From Leptolyngbyaceae cyanobacterium (GTDB lineage Bacteria > Cyanobacteriota > Cyanobacteriia > Phormidesmidales > Phormidesmidaceae), in NCBI GenBank assembly GCA_965263355.1, contig CBDHHL010000037.1, positions 1-49,490 on the forward strand: a stretch of 49,490 nucleotides of DNA, read 5' to 3'. Below, one piece after another: positions 26,398 through 35,217 of the stretch. The translations under genes and the position numbers were made by a program. Positions within the stretch are counted from its first letter, which is position 1. Every line of letters begins with the position of its first letter. The notes under the pieces were generated by a model. That model was not told the origin of the DNA and ran no database searches. It was given only the letters and a program-made list of their open reading frames with translations.

Positions 26398-27175
26398 TGA
26401 AGTACTAACATTAGATACAATAAAGTTTGCTGGATTAGAGTTAACTACACCTAGTGCCATTGACTATACTAATACACTTATCTATGGTGACTCTGGTGTA
26501 GGTAAGACTAGGCTTGCAGCTAGTGCAGCTTTAGTAGCTGACTGTGCGCCAGTGTTGCTAATAGATATTGAAAAAGGTGGAACCTCAGCTAGAGGCTTTT
26601 CTAATATCTATACGGTTAGACCAACTAGCTTTACTGAGTTAGCCAACGTTGGTAGAGAGCTTAAAAAGCAACAAACCAATGGAGGCATACAATACAAGAC
26701 TATTATTGTAGACTCTTTAACAGAAGCTCAGCGCTTAGGTACCGATGCTGTCATGGCCAGAACGGTAGAACGTGCTAGAGAAAAAGGTGAGACTAAAGAT
26801 CCTGATCATCCTGATTGGGGAGATTGGACTAAGAGTCATAATACTTTTCGTAGACTTGTAAGAAGTTTCAGGGATTTAGAATGCAATGTCATATTCACTG
26901 CACTAGCACAAGTTGATAATTCTAGGCCATCCAAACCTAAAGCCAAGCCTAAACTTAATGGTGCAATGGCAGATGAGATTGCAGCTTCTTTAGACTTTGT
27001 GTTCTATATGTTCACCCAAACAGATGATGAAGCAAAGGAGGTAAGGCGAGGAATACTAACTAGTTCAACTGAGGATATTATATCAAAAGACAGATCAGGT
27101 AATTTGGATAGAACAATAGCTGATCCAACTTGGGAAATTATATACAACCAGATAATTGGAGATAATAATGAGTGA
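26387..27175 (+). CDS. AAA_24/Sak4-like ATPase (recombinase)
   Basis: IYGDSGVGKT, IIVDSLT, NVIFTAL, KDRSG. Confidence 0.88.
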   Translation: MADDEVLTLDTIKFAGLELTTPSAIDYTNTLIYGDSGVGKTRLAASAALVADCAPVLLIDIEKGGTSARGFSNIYTVRPTSFTELANVGRELKKQQTNGGIQYKTIIVDSLTEAQRLGTDAVMARTVERAREKGETKDPDHPDWGDWTKSHNTFRRLVRSFRDLECNVIFTALAQVDNSRPSKPKAKPKLNGAMADEIAASLDFVFYMFTQTDDEAKEVRRGILTSSTEDIISKDRSGNLDRTIADPTWEIIYNQIIGDNNE

Positions 27176-27665
27176 TGAATCTTTCGTTTTTAATTTAGGT
27201 GAAGTCGAGACTCCCGATTATGATCTTATGCCTAGCGGATGGCGTAAGTTTGTTATCAGTAAGTACAATACCGAAAAGTCTGATGGTACTCCCATTCAAG
27301 TTAATAAGGATGGAGGAAAGTTACCGCAGGGAACCGGTGGTACTAATTGGGAATTCACCGTTATTGATGATGAAAACTACGATGGTCGAAAGGTTTGGGA
27401 AACCTATTGGCATCATGCTAATACTATGGGATTCTGGAAGTCCCTTTATCGAGCAGCCGACGCATTCACCGATGAGGAATTAGAATCTGAGATTGATATC
27501 TTAGAGGAGCGTGACCGAATTGTTGGCTGCGAGTTTTGGGGTCAAGTCGGTATTAAGAAGGGATCCGGTGGATATGATGACCAGAATACCATTAAGAGCT
27601 TTAAGAAGTTAAGCGAGCGTGAAGCTCCGAAGGAGGCTGAATTTAATCCTCTGGATCTTGGTTAA
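27168..27665 (+). CDS. Single-stranded DNA-binding protein (DUF669-like)
   Basis: YDLMPSG..., WEFTV...YDGRKVW, NTIKSF; follows the Sak4-like gene. Confidence 0.75.
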   Translation: MSDESFVFNLGEVETPDYDLMPSGWRKFVISKYNTEKSDGTPIQVNKDGGKLPQGTGGTNWEFTVIDDENYDGRKVWETYWHHANTMGFWKSLYRAADAFTDEELESEIDILEERDRIVGCEFWGQVGIKKGSGGYDDQNTIKSFKKLSEREAPKEAEFNPLDLG

Positions 27666-27679
27666 TTAATCTGTAAATG

Positions 27680-27721
27680 GCAGGCGGTCCCTCACACTAT
27701 TAAAGTGTGGGGGGCCCTTGC
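27680..27721 (+). terminator. Intergenic hairpin
   Basis: GGTCCCTCACACT-ATTAA-AGTGTGGGGGGCC. Confidence 0.55.
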
Positions 27722-27742
27722 ATCTACCCACTGAAAGTTAAT

Positions 27743-29941
27743 ATGTCTGATGATAAAAGAATAGCGTTTATTCGGTGGATAGTTGGAACGCATGAGGACT
27801 CTTATCTAGGACTTGCTTCTAGGGGTGGAGAATCTAATGCATGGACAGAAGGTATATTTAATCCTAGAACCGAATTACCTAAGATTGAAAACTTTCTTAG
27901 ACAGAATGAATTAGTATCAGACCTTTACTTTTGTCCTACTCCATTAGATGCACCTAGAAGAACCAAAGATAATATAACGAGATCAAACGTTCTATGGTCT
28001 GACTTAGATAGTTGTGAGCCAGATCAATTACTTGTACCGCCTACACTTGTTACTGAAACTTCACCTGGACATTATCAATGCTTCTGGAGATTAGAAGAAT
28101 CAGTACATGCAGATGAAGCAGAGCTACTTAATAAACGGATAGCTTATAGACATTCAGATCAAGGAGCCGATAGAAGCGGTTGGGATCTAAGCCAATTACT
28201 ACGTATACCTAATACTAGAAACTTTAAGTATCCAGAAACTCCAGTAGTCAGACTACATACTGCTAACCAAAAAGCTATATACTCAATACAAGAATTAAAA
28301 GATAAGTATGGCAAGGTAGATGTAACTCAAGAAGCGAGTGTTAAAGATATCCCTCTCCCTGTGGACCTACCTAATAGGACCGCTGATAGCATTTTAAATA
28401 CATTATCAGCACAGTCTAATCCTAGGATAAGGGAGCTATTCGATAACCCACCTATAACAGATAGAAGTAGAGCGCTATGGGAATTGATATTACTTCTTCT
28501 TGAGGCTGAGTTATCTATAGAAGAAACCTTCATTGTAGCTAGAGACTCTAAGTGCAATAAGTTTGGATCTAATCCGCATCACTTATGGAAAGATATACTT
28601 AGGGCTAAAGCTAAAATTGAGCGAGATGAAGCTAATAAGAATAGCATAGCCGATATACCTGATACAGATTTAATCATACCAGACGGATCTATATTAACAG
28701 AAGAAGAATGGGAAATAGCTAATAGTTATAGATCGCTAGTAGATGAATACTATGAATGGGCTAGTAAAGCTACAGATGCTGCACCACAATACCATGTAGC
28801 TACAGGTATAATTATACTCTCTTCATTACTTTCTGGTTCGTTGAGATTGTATACTCAATATGGCGAGATAAAGCCCAACCTGTGGGTAATGATAATGGGT
28901 GACACAACTACATCTAGGAAATCTACATCTATGGAAATGGGTACAGATATCTTAGATGATATAAATCCAGAGTGCTTATTAGCAACTGACGGAACCATAG
29001 AAGGTTTATTAGCTGCTATGACTAATCGCTCTAGTAAAGTATCTCTATTCCACAGGGATGAGGTATCAGGTTTACTACTAGCGATGGATAAAAAGGATTA
29101 CAATGCGGGAATGCTAGAAGCTTTCACTAAGTTGTATGATGGTAAGCGTATGCGCCGCATCCTTAGGAAAGAGCAAATAGAAGTTAGAGATCCTGTCTTT
29201 GTTATGTTAACTGGTGGCACTAGGACAGGTATATTTAGTGCGTTAAGTTCAGCACATATATCATCTGGCTTTGCGCCTAGATTTGTTTATATATCTGCTG
29301 AACAAGATCCTTCTAGAAGAAGAGGTCTAGGACCTAGGACTATAAATAGCAATGAGAAACGAATCAAACTAGTAAGTAAATTTGAAGACGTATATCTTCA
29401 ATACAATGACACCGGTAGCACAGATCCATTTGCTTTGCCTAAGAAGGTTGAGGTATCATTAACCGAAGAGGCTTGGCAAGCATACAATCATTATGATTTT
29501 ATGTTAGTTGATCTAGCAGATAAATCTAGTATACCTGAATTCTTAACTCCTATGATGGCTAGATTATCTATGTCTGGACTTAAGATCGCTATGCTATTAG
29601 CTGCTAGTAGAGGTGATGAAAAGATAGTTGTAGATGTACCTGATATAATTAAAGCGTTCTCATATGTAGATTCATGGAAAGCATATTCATTTGAAGTAGT
29701 AGTTAATGCTGGTCGATCGAATCAAGAAACTCAGATAACAGAATGCTATACAACAATAGCTAACGCTGGATCCTCCGGGCTTAGCAGAGCACAAGTAATG
29801 CAGATACATAGGTTGACTAGCAGAAATGCCGATCTAGTATTTGGTACACTAGAGCAACGTAACCTGATTGTCTCTAATAGACCTAATGGTAAGATTGTAT
29901 ATTATGCTGTCAGTAAATTAAACAAGGATGAGTTTGTATGA
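27743..29941 (+). CDS. RepB-type primase fused to a DUF3987-like helicase/NTPase domain
   Basis: LWSDLD, ETSPGHYQCFW, LLRIPNTRNFK; RKSTS, DEV and SGFAPRF in the C-terminal half. Confidence 0.85.
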   Translation: MSDDKRIAFIRWIVGTHEDSYLGLASRGGESNAWTEGIFNPRTELPKIENFLRQNELVSDLYFCPTPLDAPRRTKDNITRSNVLWSDLDSCEPDQLLVPPTLVTETSPGHYQCFWRLEESVHADEAELLNKRIAYRHSDQGADRSGWDLSQLLRIPNTRNFKYPETPVVRLHTANQKAIYSIQELKDKYGKVDVTQEASVKDIPLPVDLPNRTADSILNTLSAQSNPRIRELFDNPPITDRSRALWELILLLLEAELSIEETFIVARDSKCNKFGSNPHHLWKDILRAKAKIERDEANKNSIADIPDTDLIIPDGSILTEEEWEIANSYRSLVDEYYEWASKATDAAPQYHVATGIIILSSLLSGSLRLYTQYGEIKPNLWVMIMGDTTTSRKSTSMEMGTDILDDINPECLLATDGTIEGLLAAMTNRSSKVSLFHRDEVSGLLLAMDKKDYNAGMLEAFTKLYDGKRMRRILRKEQIEVRDPVFVMLTGGTRTGIFSALSSAHISSGFAPRFVYISAEQDPSRRRGLGPRTINSNEKRIKLVSKFEDVYLQYNDTGSTDPFALPKKVEVSLTEEAWQAYNHYDFMLVDLADKSSIPEFLTPMMARLSMSGLKIAMLLAASRGDEKIVVDVPDIIKAFSYVDSWKAYSFEVVVNAGRSNQETQITECYTTIANAGSSGLSRAQVMQIHRLTSRNADLVFGTLEQRNLIVSNRPNGKIVYYAVSKLNKDEFV

Positions 29942-30144
29942 GCTTACCGCCCGGTCGACATCAACAGCATCAATTCACAGATGAGCAAGTTAAAGAGATG
30001 AGAGAGTTATATGAAGGGACTAAAAACTTGCCACGTAATGATGTAAATAGGTGGACGTATCGTAGACTAGCTGAGAAATTTGGAGCCTCACATCAAACAA
30101 TTTCTAAGATAGTCAATTACCATAGATACGAATGGGTACAGTAA
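29938..30144 (+). CDS. Helix-turn-helix protein
   Basis: TYRRLAEKFGASHQTISKIV. Confidence 0.8.
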   Translation: MSLPPGRHQQHQFTDEQVKEMRELYEGTKNLPRNDVNRWTYRRLAEKFGASHQTISKIVNYHRYEWVQ

Positions 30145-30287
30145 TGGATGAGATATTGAAGATGGTAGGTTACACATGGGTATTTAGAACTTTAGTACTC
30201 TATATAATAAAAGGTTTAATACTTATATTAGAGCGCTTAACGGCTGAGGAATCTATGCGTAAAGAAATGCAAGAATATGCTTCTTGA
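30144..30287 (+). CDS. Small hydrophobic protein (47 aa, not in the track)
   Basis: TAATG coupling; fills the gap before the polymerase. Confidence 0.45.
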   Translation: MDEILKMVGYTWVFRTLVLYIIKGLILILERLTAEESMRKEMQEYAS

Positions 30288-32676
30288 AGATTATATAAAA
30301 GATGTAGAGCGTAAAGAAAGACCTAGACGTCATCCATTAGCTAAATGTGAAGAATGTGAATGGAACATAGAGGCAGCGGGATTTGCTGACGCAACTGGGC
30401 CACAGGGGGCAGAGCTTGTATTTATAGGCGAGTCACCTGGAAAGCATGAAGCGAAAACAGGTATTCCTTTTACTGGCCCTACTGGTCACCTCTTATATAT
30501 GGTTATGGATAGGTACGACCTCAAGCGCTCGGATATAAGGCTCACCAACGCCGTAGCCTGCCATCCGCCATATGAAGAGGGTATGACCTCTACCGAGCCG
30601 CCTAGAGGGGTCATAGAGGCTTGTAGGCCCCGTCTAATGGCAGAGATCGAGCAAGCTGATACAGTATTGTTGATGGGCAATACGGCTAGGCGCTCTGTCA
30701 CCGAAGATTATAAGACTGGCATTATGAAGGGTAGACAAGAACCTCCTATCTTCCAAGATGATGGTCCTACTTTATTATCTACTATTCATCCTGCTGCATG
30801 TCTAAGGAATCCTGACAGCTTCCCTTCATTTCTAAGAGATATAAAGAAGCTAGTTAGACTAAGGTCAGACGGTCCAGATAATGTATATGTTAATTATGAG
30901 CCACCTAGGTACGCATGGTACGACACTGTACCAGAAGCCGAAATGGTTCTTAAGAAACTTATGGACAGTGCAGATTTACTAGCTTGTGATATAGAAACTG
31001 GCGTTGAAAAAGACAGAGACTTTACTCACCCAAATGTATGGCTATCTATAGGTTTTGCTTATGCGCCTAACAAAGCTGTAGTTTTAGGTGAGAGATGTCT
31101 AAGGAATCATAAGATACAACGGATGGTAGGAGAGTTAATTGCAGCAAAACGAACCATTTGGCATAATGGAAAATACGACCTGCAAGTCTTATTGCGCCTT
31201 GGCGTCGTTCGACCAGAGTCATTCAGTATATACGCTGACACCATGCTCGCCTCATATGTGTTGGATGAAAGACCTGGAAACCATGGCCTTAAGAACTTAT
31301 CATCCGAGCACCTTGGAGCCCCAGATTATGAGCATGAAGTTCAGAAGTACTTATCAAGAGGACAAACCTCCTATGCTAATGTACCTAGGAAAATCCTTTA
31401 TAAGTACAACGCGTATGACTGTGTTTTCACATGGGCTCTATGGGAGCGACTTAGTGAGGAAATGGATGATACGGGTAGGGAACTTCATGACTACTTGTGT
31501 GAACTGGCTACGGAGCTTATTTACATAGAGTTAGATGGAGTATCTATTAATGAAGACTATTTAGACGAACTCACCATAGACTATACGAAACAATTAGATC
31601 AGATAGATGAAGACTTATCTAGGTGGGTAGAGAATCCTAGATCCTGGCAACAAGTAGCGGCAGCACTTAAAGAGCTTGGATTACCGCATGAGACCACAGG
31701 GGCAGATGAGCTACAAAGACTGAAAGAAAGAGTGTCTGTTGAATCCGAGTCTTATGATTTCTTATCACAGATATTACACCAACGTAGAACTCAAAAGCTA
31801 TATGGCACTTATGTCAAAGGTACTAGAGAGCGCTTAATTGATGGCAGAGTTTACCCTACCTATCTCTTACATGGAACAACTTCTGGCCGACTATCTGCTA
31901 GAAATCCGAATATCCATAATGTTCCAAGAGACTCTAAGATCAAACGTTTATTCGTACCTAGAACGGCAGACCATACCTTCATACAATGTGACTATGGTCA
32001 AGCCGAACTTAGAACTATCGCCATACTCGCTCAAGATCCCTATTTAAAGGAAGTTTTTGAAGATGCTACTAGAGACATTCATGGTGAATTAGCCGATGTA
32101 TTATTTGGTGCCGGTAAGTGGGACAAGGAGGACAGAGTTAGAGCTAAGTCTTATGTGTTTGGATCTATATATGGCCTTTCCCCATACTCGATCGCTCTTG
32201 ATTATGGAATCACTGAAATGCAAGCCTTTAGGGAGCAATCAGCTTTCTTCCGAATGATTCCCGATACTATGAAATGGCGCACTAGGACAGTTAAAAGTGT
32301 GCTTAAGCATGGCAATAGCTTAGAAACTATATTCGGTAGGAGGCGTAGGTTTATGCTTATAACTCCAGACAATAAGCATAAACTTGAGAAAGAGGTATTA
32401 GCATTCTTACCACAGAGCACAGCTAGCGATTTAACCACGAATTCACTCATGCGTATTAGGCGTGAGTTCGGTACTGGTGCTAATGTTCCTAGTATCAAGA
32501 TTACCGTTCATGACTCCATAGTTGTAGAGTGTCATAATGATATTAGAGAGGATGTTGGTCGATTTGTAGCTAAGACTATGAGAGATACTGCAAGAGATTT
32601 AATAGGAGATTACGTACCCTTCACCACTGATATAGAATATGGTGACTCATGGGGTACTTTACAGGACGCAGCATAA
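30277..32676 (+). CDS. polA: Family A DNA polymerase with N-terminal family-4 uracil-DNA glycosylase-like domain
   Basis: UDG: CEEC, IGESPG, PFTG, TNAVAC, HPAA. Exonuclease: DIET, HNGKYD, YNAYD. Polymerase: DYGQAELR, KSYVFG..YG, VHDS. Confidence 0.95.
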   Translation: MLLEDYIKDVERKERPRRHPLAKCEECEWNIEAAGFADATGPQGAELVFIGESPGKHEAKTGIPFTGPTGHLLYMVMDRYDLKRSDIRLTNAVACHPPYEEGMTSTEPPRGVIEACRPRLMAEIEQADTVLLMGNTARRSVTEDYKTGIMKGRQEPPIFQDDGPTLLSTIHPAACLRNPDSFPSFLRDIKKLVRLRSDGPDNVYVNYEPPRYAWYDTVPEAEMVLKKLMDSADLLACDIETGVEKDRDFTHPNVWLSIGFAYAPNKAVVLGERCLRNHKIQRMVGELIAAKRTIWHNGKYDLQVLLRLGVVRPESFSIYADTMLASYVLDERPGNHGLKNLSSEHLGAPDYEHEVQKYLSRGQTSYANVPRKILYKYNAYDCVFTWALWERLSEEMDDTGRELHDYLCELATELIYIELDGVSINEDYLDELTIDYTKQLDQIDEDLSRWVENPRSWQQVAAALKELGLPHETTGADELQRLKERVSVESESYDFLSQILHQRRTQKLYGTYVKGTRERLIDGRVYPTYLLHGTTSGRLSARNPNIHNVPRDSKIKRLFVPRTADHTFIQCDYGQAELRTIAILAQDPYLKEVFEDATRDIHGELADVLFGAGKWDKEDRVRAKSYVFGSIYGLSPYSIALDYGITEMQAFREQSAFFRMIPDTMKWRTRTVKSVLKHGNSLETIFGRRRRFMLITPDNKHKLEKEVLAFLPQSTASDLTTNSLMRIRREFGTGANVPSIKITVHDSIVVECHNDIREDVGRFVAKTMRDTARDLIGDYVPFTTDIEYGDSWGTLQDAA

Positions 32677-32921
32677 TGACAGACAAAGTACAATGGGAAA
32701 CTAAAAGGTCTATCTTAGAAGCCTTAGGTATAGATCATGAAACTCGTAATCTAGAGACTGTTACCATAGAGTTATCTACGAACGAACCCATAACAGTATT
32801 GATACAAGAACTTATATATAGGGGAGGGGAACTTGATCTAGACTTCTCTACATATGAGTTAGTACCATTAGATCCTATAACAGGAAAACCCACTATAGAA
32901 AGTGATATAAATGAAGAGTAG
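32676..32921 (+). CDS. Hypothetical protein
   Basis: MTDKVQW start with TAATG coupling. Confidence 0.65.
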   Translation: MTDKVQWETKRSILEALGIDHETRNLETVTIELSTNEPITVLIQELIYRGGELDLDFSTYELVPLDPITGKPTIESDINEE

Positions 32922-33315
32922 AATATCAGTCATCATTTCAATGTTAATATTAGCGGGATTGCTAACTGTAGCAAGCCCACAACCCGCTAGTGCGGCCTAT
33001 GAATGTGCTTCATGGGGTTGCGCCGAAACGGTTCATTATTACCCTGCTGGAGGATCTGGTAAATATCGCATTGACGACAAATGGGTCGACGCCGCATGGT
33101 GGATGGACCAAGACGACGTAACGGCCTGTACGACAATGTATGTTAGGCGTAAGTCTAACGGTTGGTGGTATTATGTAGGGTCAGACTGTGGCGGCGAACC
33201 TGATACTGTCTATTTCGATTTCAACTTTGAGATTAATTCAGTGCAAATCCGGTCGAGGGATTGGCGTGGACGTTGGCGCTATAAGACCATTGATGGTTAT
33301 TCATACGCACCATAG
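32911..33315 (+). CDS. Secreted Trp/Tyr/Cys-rich protein
   Basis: Sec signal peptide ending PQPASA-A. Confidence 0.75.
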   Translation: MKSRISVIISMLILAGLLTVASPQPASAAYECASWGCAETVHYYPAGGSGKYRIDDKWVDAAWWMDQDDVTACTTMYVRRKSNGWWYYVGSDCGGEPDTVYFDFNFEINSVQIRSRDWRGRWRYKTIDGYSYAP

Positions 33316-33362
33316 TTGATATATGTTCCTCCCCCTGTGGTCATCTATAGGGGGCGGTTCAT

Positions 33363-33536
33363 ATGCCAACTATGAATACTTATGCAACTAATATAGGTGA
33401 TACATACTCTAAAGTGATTTGTAGTTACGATAATGGTCTTACTGTAACTGTAGAGTATAACCGTAAAATAGATAGTATAGAATTACATGGTGTGTTGATG
33501 CGTATAAAAGAATTTGTTGAAGGGTCATCGACATGA
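33363..33536 (+). CDS. Hypothetical protein (57 aa, not in the track)
   Basis: ATGA coupling to the resolvase gene. Confidence 0.45.
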   Translation: MPTMNTYATNIGDTYSKVICSYDNGLTVTVEYNRKIDSIELHGVLMRIKEFVEGSST

Positions 33537-34063
33537 AAATTATGTGCTTTGATCCAGGTGGAACTACTGGTGTAGTAGTTTTAGATACCGATCACCCAAC
33601 TAGGTTTCGTGGTTATCAATTAGGGCCGGGCGAACATCATATAGCTTTGTGGACAGTTTTAACTGCTAATGCTCCAAAAAAGGTAGTCTGTGAATCATTT
33701 GATTATAGGGTCGCTACAACCGATGGTGATTGGTCACACTCGGACCACAGAGGTACAGTTGATAGGGCTGTGCCTGGTATTAACCTTATGTCTCGCAATT
33801 ATATTGGTGTTATTGAACTCTACTGCCAAATGAGGCATATAGAATTAACAATGCAAAAGCCTAGCGAAGCTGTATCTAAGAACCAAGGTAATATGTTCTT
33901 TAATAACGATAAGCTTAAATCACTAGGCGTATACGTAGCAGACGCACCGCACTATAATGATGCGATGCGCCATATGCTAGTTTATTTGGTTTTTAAATTA
34001 AAGCAGAAAGCTTATCTCAAGATGCTTAGGGCAAATCGACAGCTTCACCTGACTTATAGTTAG
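33533..34063 (+). CDS. RuvC-like Holliday junction resolvase
   Basis: IMCFDPGGTTG, VVCESF, HYNDAMRH. Confidence 0.8.
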   Translation: MKIMCFDPGGTTGVVVLDTDHPTRFRGYQLGPGEHHIALWTVLTANAPKKVVCESFDYRVATTDGDWSHSDHRGTVDRAVPGINLMSRNYIGVIELYCQMRHIELTMQKPSEAVSKNQGNMFFNNDKLKSLGVYVADAPHYNDAMRHMLVYLVFKLKQKAYLKMLRANRQLHLTYS

Positions 34064-34316
34064 GTGTAGTAGGATAGCCATTCAACCATCCATAAAGAGG
34101 ATTTCTAGTGCGAGCTAGATAGTCTACTATTTCCCTCCACAGAAGAGTGAATAGCATAACTAAGAAGCCTGCTAGTATAGGAGTTAATCCCTCTAAGTCA
34201 GTAATAAATTCGGTATCAAATCCTTGATTGATTAGATACGTAGTGAGCCAAGTAATTAATACGCCTGCTACTAACTGAGCACCAGTACGAATTCTACCAA
34301 TGATAAAATCATTCAT
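34026..34316 (-). CDS. Holin-like membrane protein
   Basis: Two transmembrane helices; GRIRT...WLNGYPTTPNY resembles actinophage holins. Confidence 0.65.
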   Translation of the reverse strand: MNDFIIGRIRTGAQLVAGVLITWLTTYLINQGFDTEFITDLEGLTPILAGFLVMLFTLLWREIVDYLARTRNPLYGWLNGYPTTPNYKSGEAVDLP

Positions 34317-34713
34317 TACTAAAACCTCCATTAGCCTTACTAGCCGCTGACTCTAGACTTGCTATACGTGCTTCTAACTTTGCCACAATAAGTTCTGCTG
34401 CTTGAGCACGTTCTGTCATGTCGTGTAAAGTTTTCTGATAATTCCTCATATTCTCAAATGCTTCATCTCTACAAGCTCTAAGCTCTTTATGCATTTCATC
34501 TAATTCTTCTTTTAATCTATCTATATCTGCATCTGTTTCATCTCTATATTCTTTCAAATCTTGCTTTGCTAATTCAGCGGTGGCTCTAGCTTGGGCCATC
34601 GCTTGTTCATATGCTCTATTAGTAACTCTAAGATAAGTAAAAGCTATAGCTACTATTAACGCTATCCTAGATCCATCATCTACAATTATTCTAAGTAGTT
34701 CATCAATTTCCAT
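34309..34713 (-). CDS. Membrane protein with coiled coil (lysis cassette)
   Basis: One transmembrane helix plus a long heptad region. Confidence 0.7.
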   Translation of the reverse strand: MEIDELLRIIVDDGSRIALIVAIAFTYLRVTNRAYEQAMAQARATAELAKQDLKEYRDETDADIDRLKEELDEMHKELRACRDEAFENMRNYQKTLHDMTERAQAAELIVAKLEARIASLESAASKANGGFSNE

Positions 34714-35104
34714 GTAAGATTCGACTTTCTTCCACAGCTATACGCTTTATAGAAAAGAGATGCCACATTACAGATACTAAAATAGCAGTGTGACCTCTTT
34801 CTAAAACAGCTCCAGTTAAGTCTACTCTACCAGAAAATACTAAATCCAAAAAGGCTAATCCTCTAGATAACCAGAATATTAATCCTAAAGCTCCACATAT
34901 CTTTTGCTTATTGATATTGATTGGATCTATCAATAGAGTAATTAACATTACTATGTAGAGCAGCGCAAACGATTCGGCTAAACCACCCTCTATAAACCAA
35001 AGGCTGATACCAACCTCAGAAGTTAATAATATACCACCTACGGTGACCACAGAGGAAAGGGCCAATAGCCTGTCGTAGTTAGGGGAGAAATGATTACCTT
35101 CCAC
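34703..35104 (-). CDS. Multi-pass membrane protein (lysis cassette)
   Basis: 3-4 hydrophobic segments; GAAAGG SD. Confidence 0.7.
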   Translation of the reverse strand: MEGNHFSPNYDRLLALSSVVTVGGILLTSEVGISLWFIEGGLAESFALLYIVMLITLLIDPININKQKICGALGLIFWLSRGLAFLDLVFSGRVDLTGAVLERGHTAILVSVMWHLFSIKRIAVEESRILHGN

Positions 35105-35128
35105 ATTGACCTTTCAAATTTGAAGTAA

Positions 35129-35213
35129 GTGGAGTAGGTATTCCGCAATAAAGGCTACCATGTTTGCCCAACTAGATTTACCTTTATTCAGCGGTGCGAA
35201 ATACCTACCCCAC
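35129..35213 (-). other. Long hairpin between the tail and lysis genes
   Basis: 19-bp stem whose two non-Watson-Crick pairs are G-U on the minus strand; inner AATAAAGG/CCTTTATT. Confidence 0.6.
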
Positions 35214-35217
35214 GATC

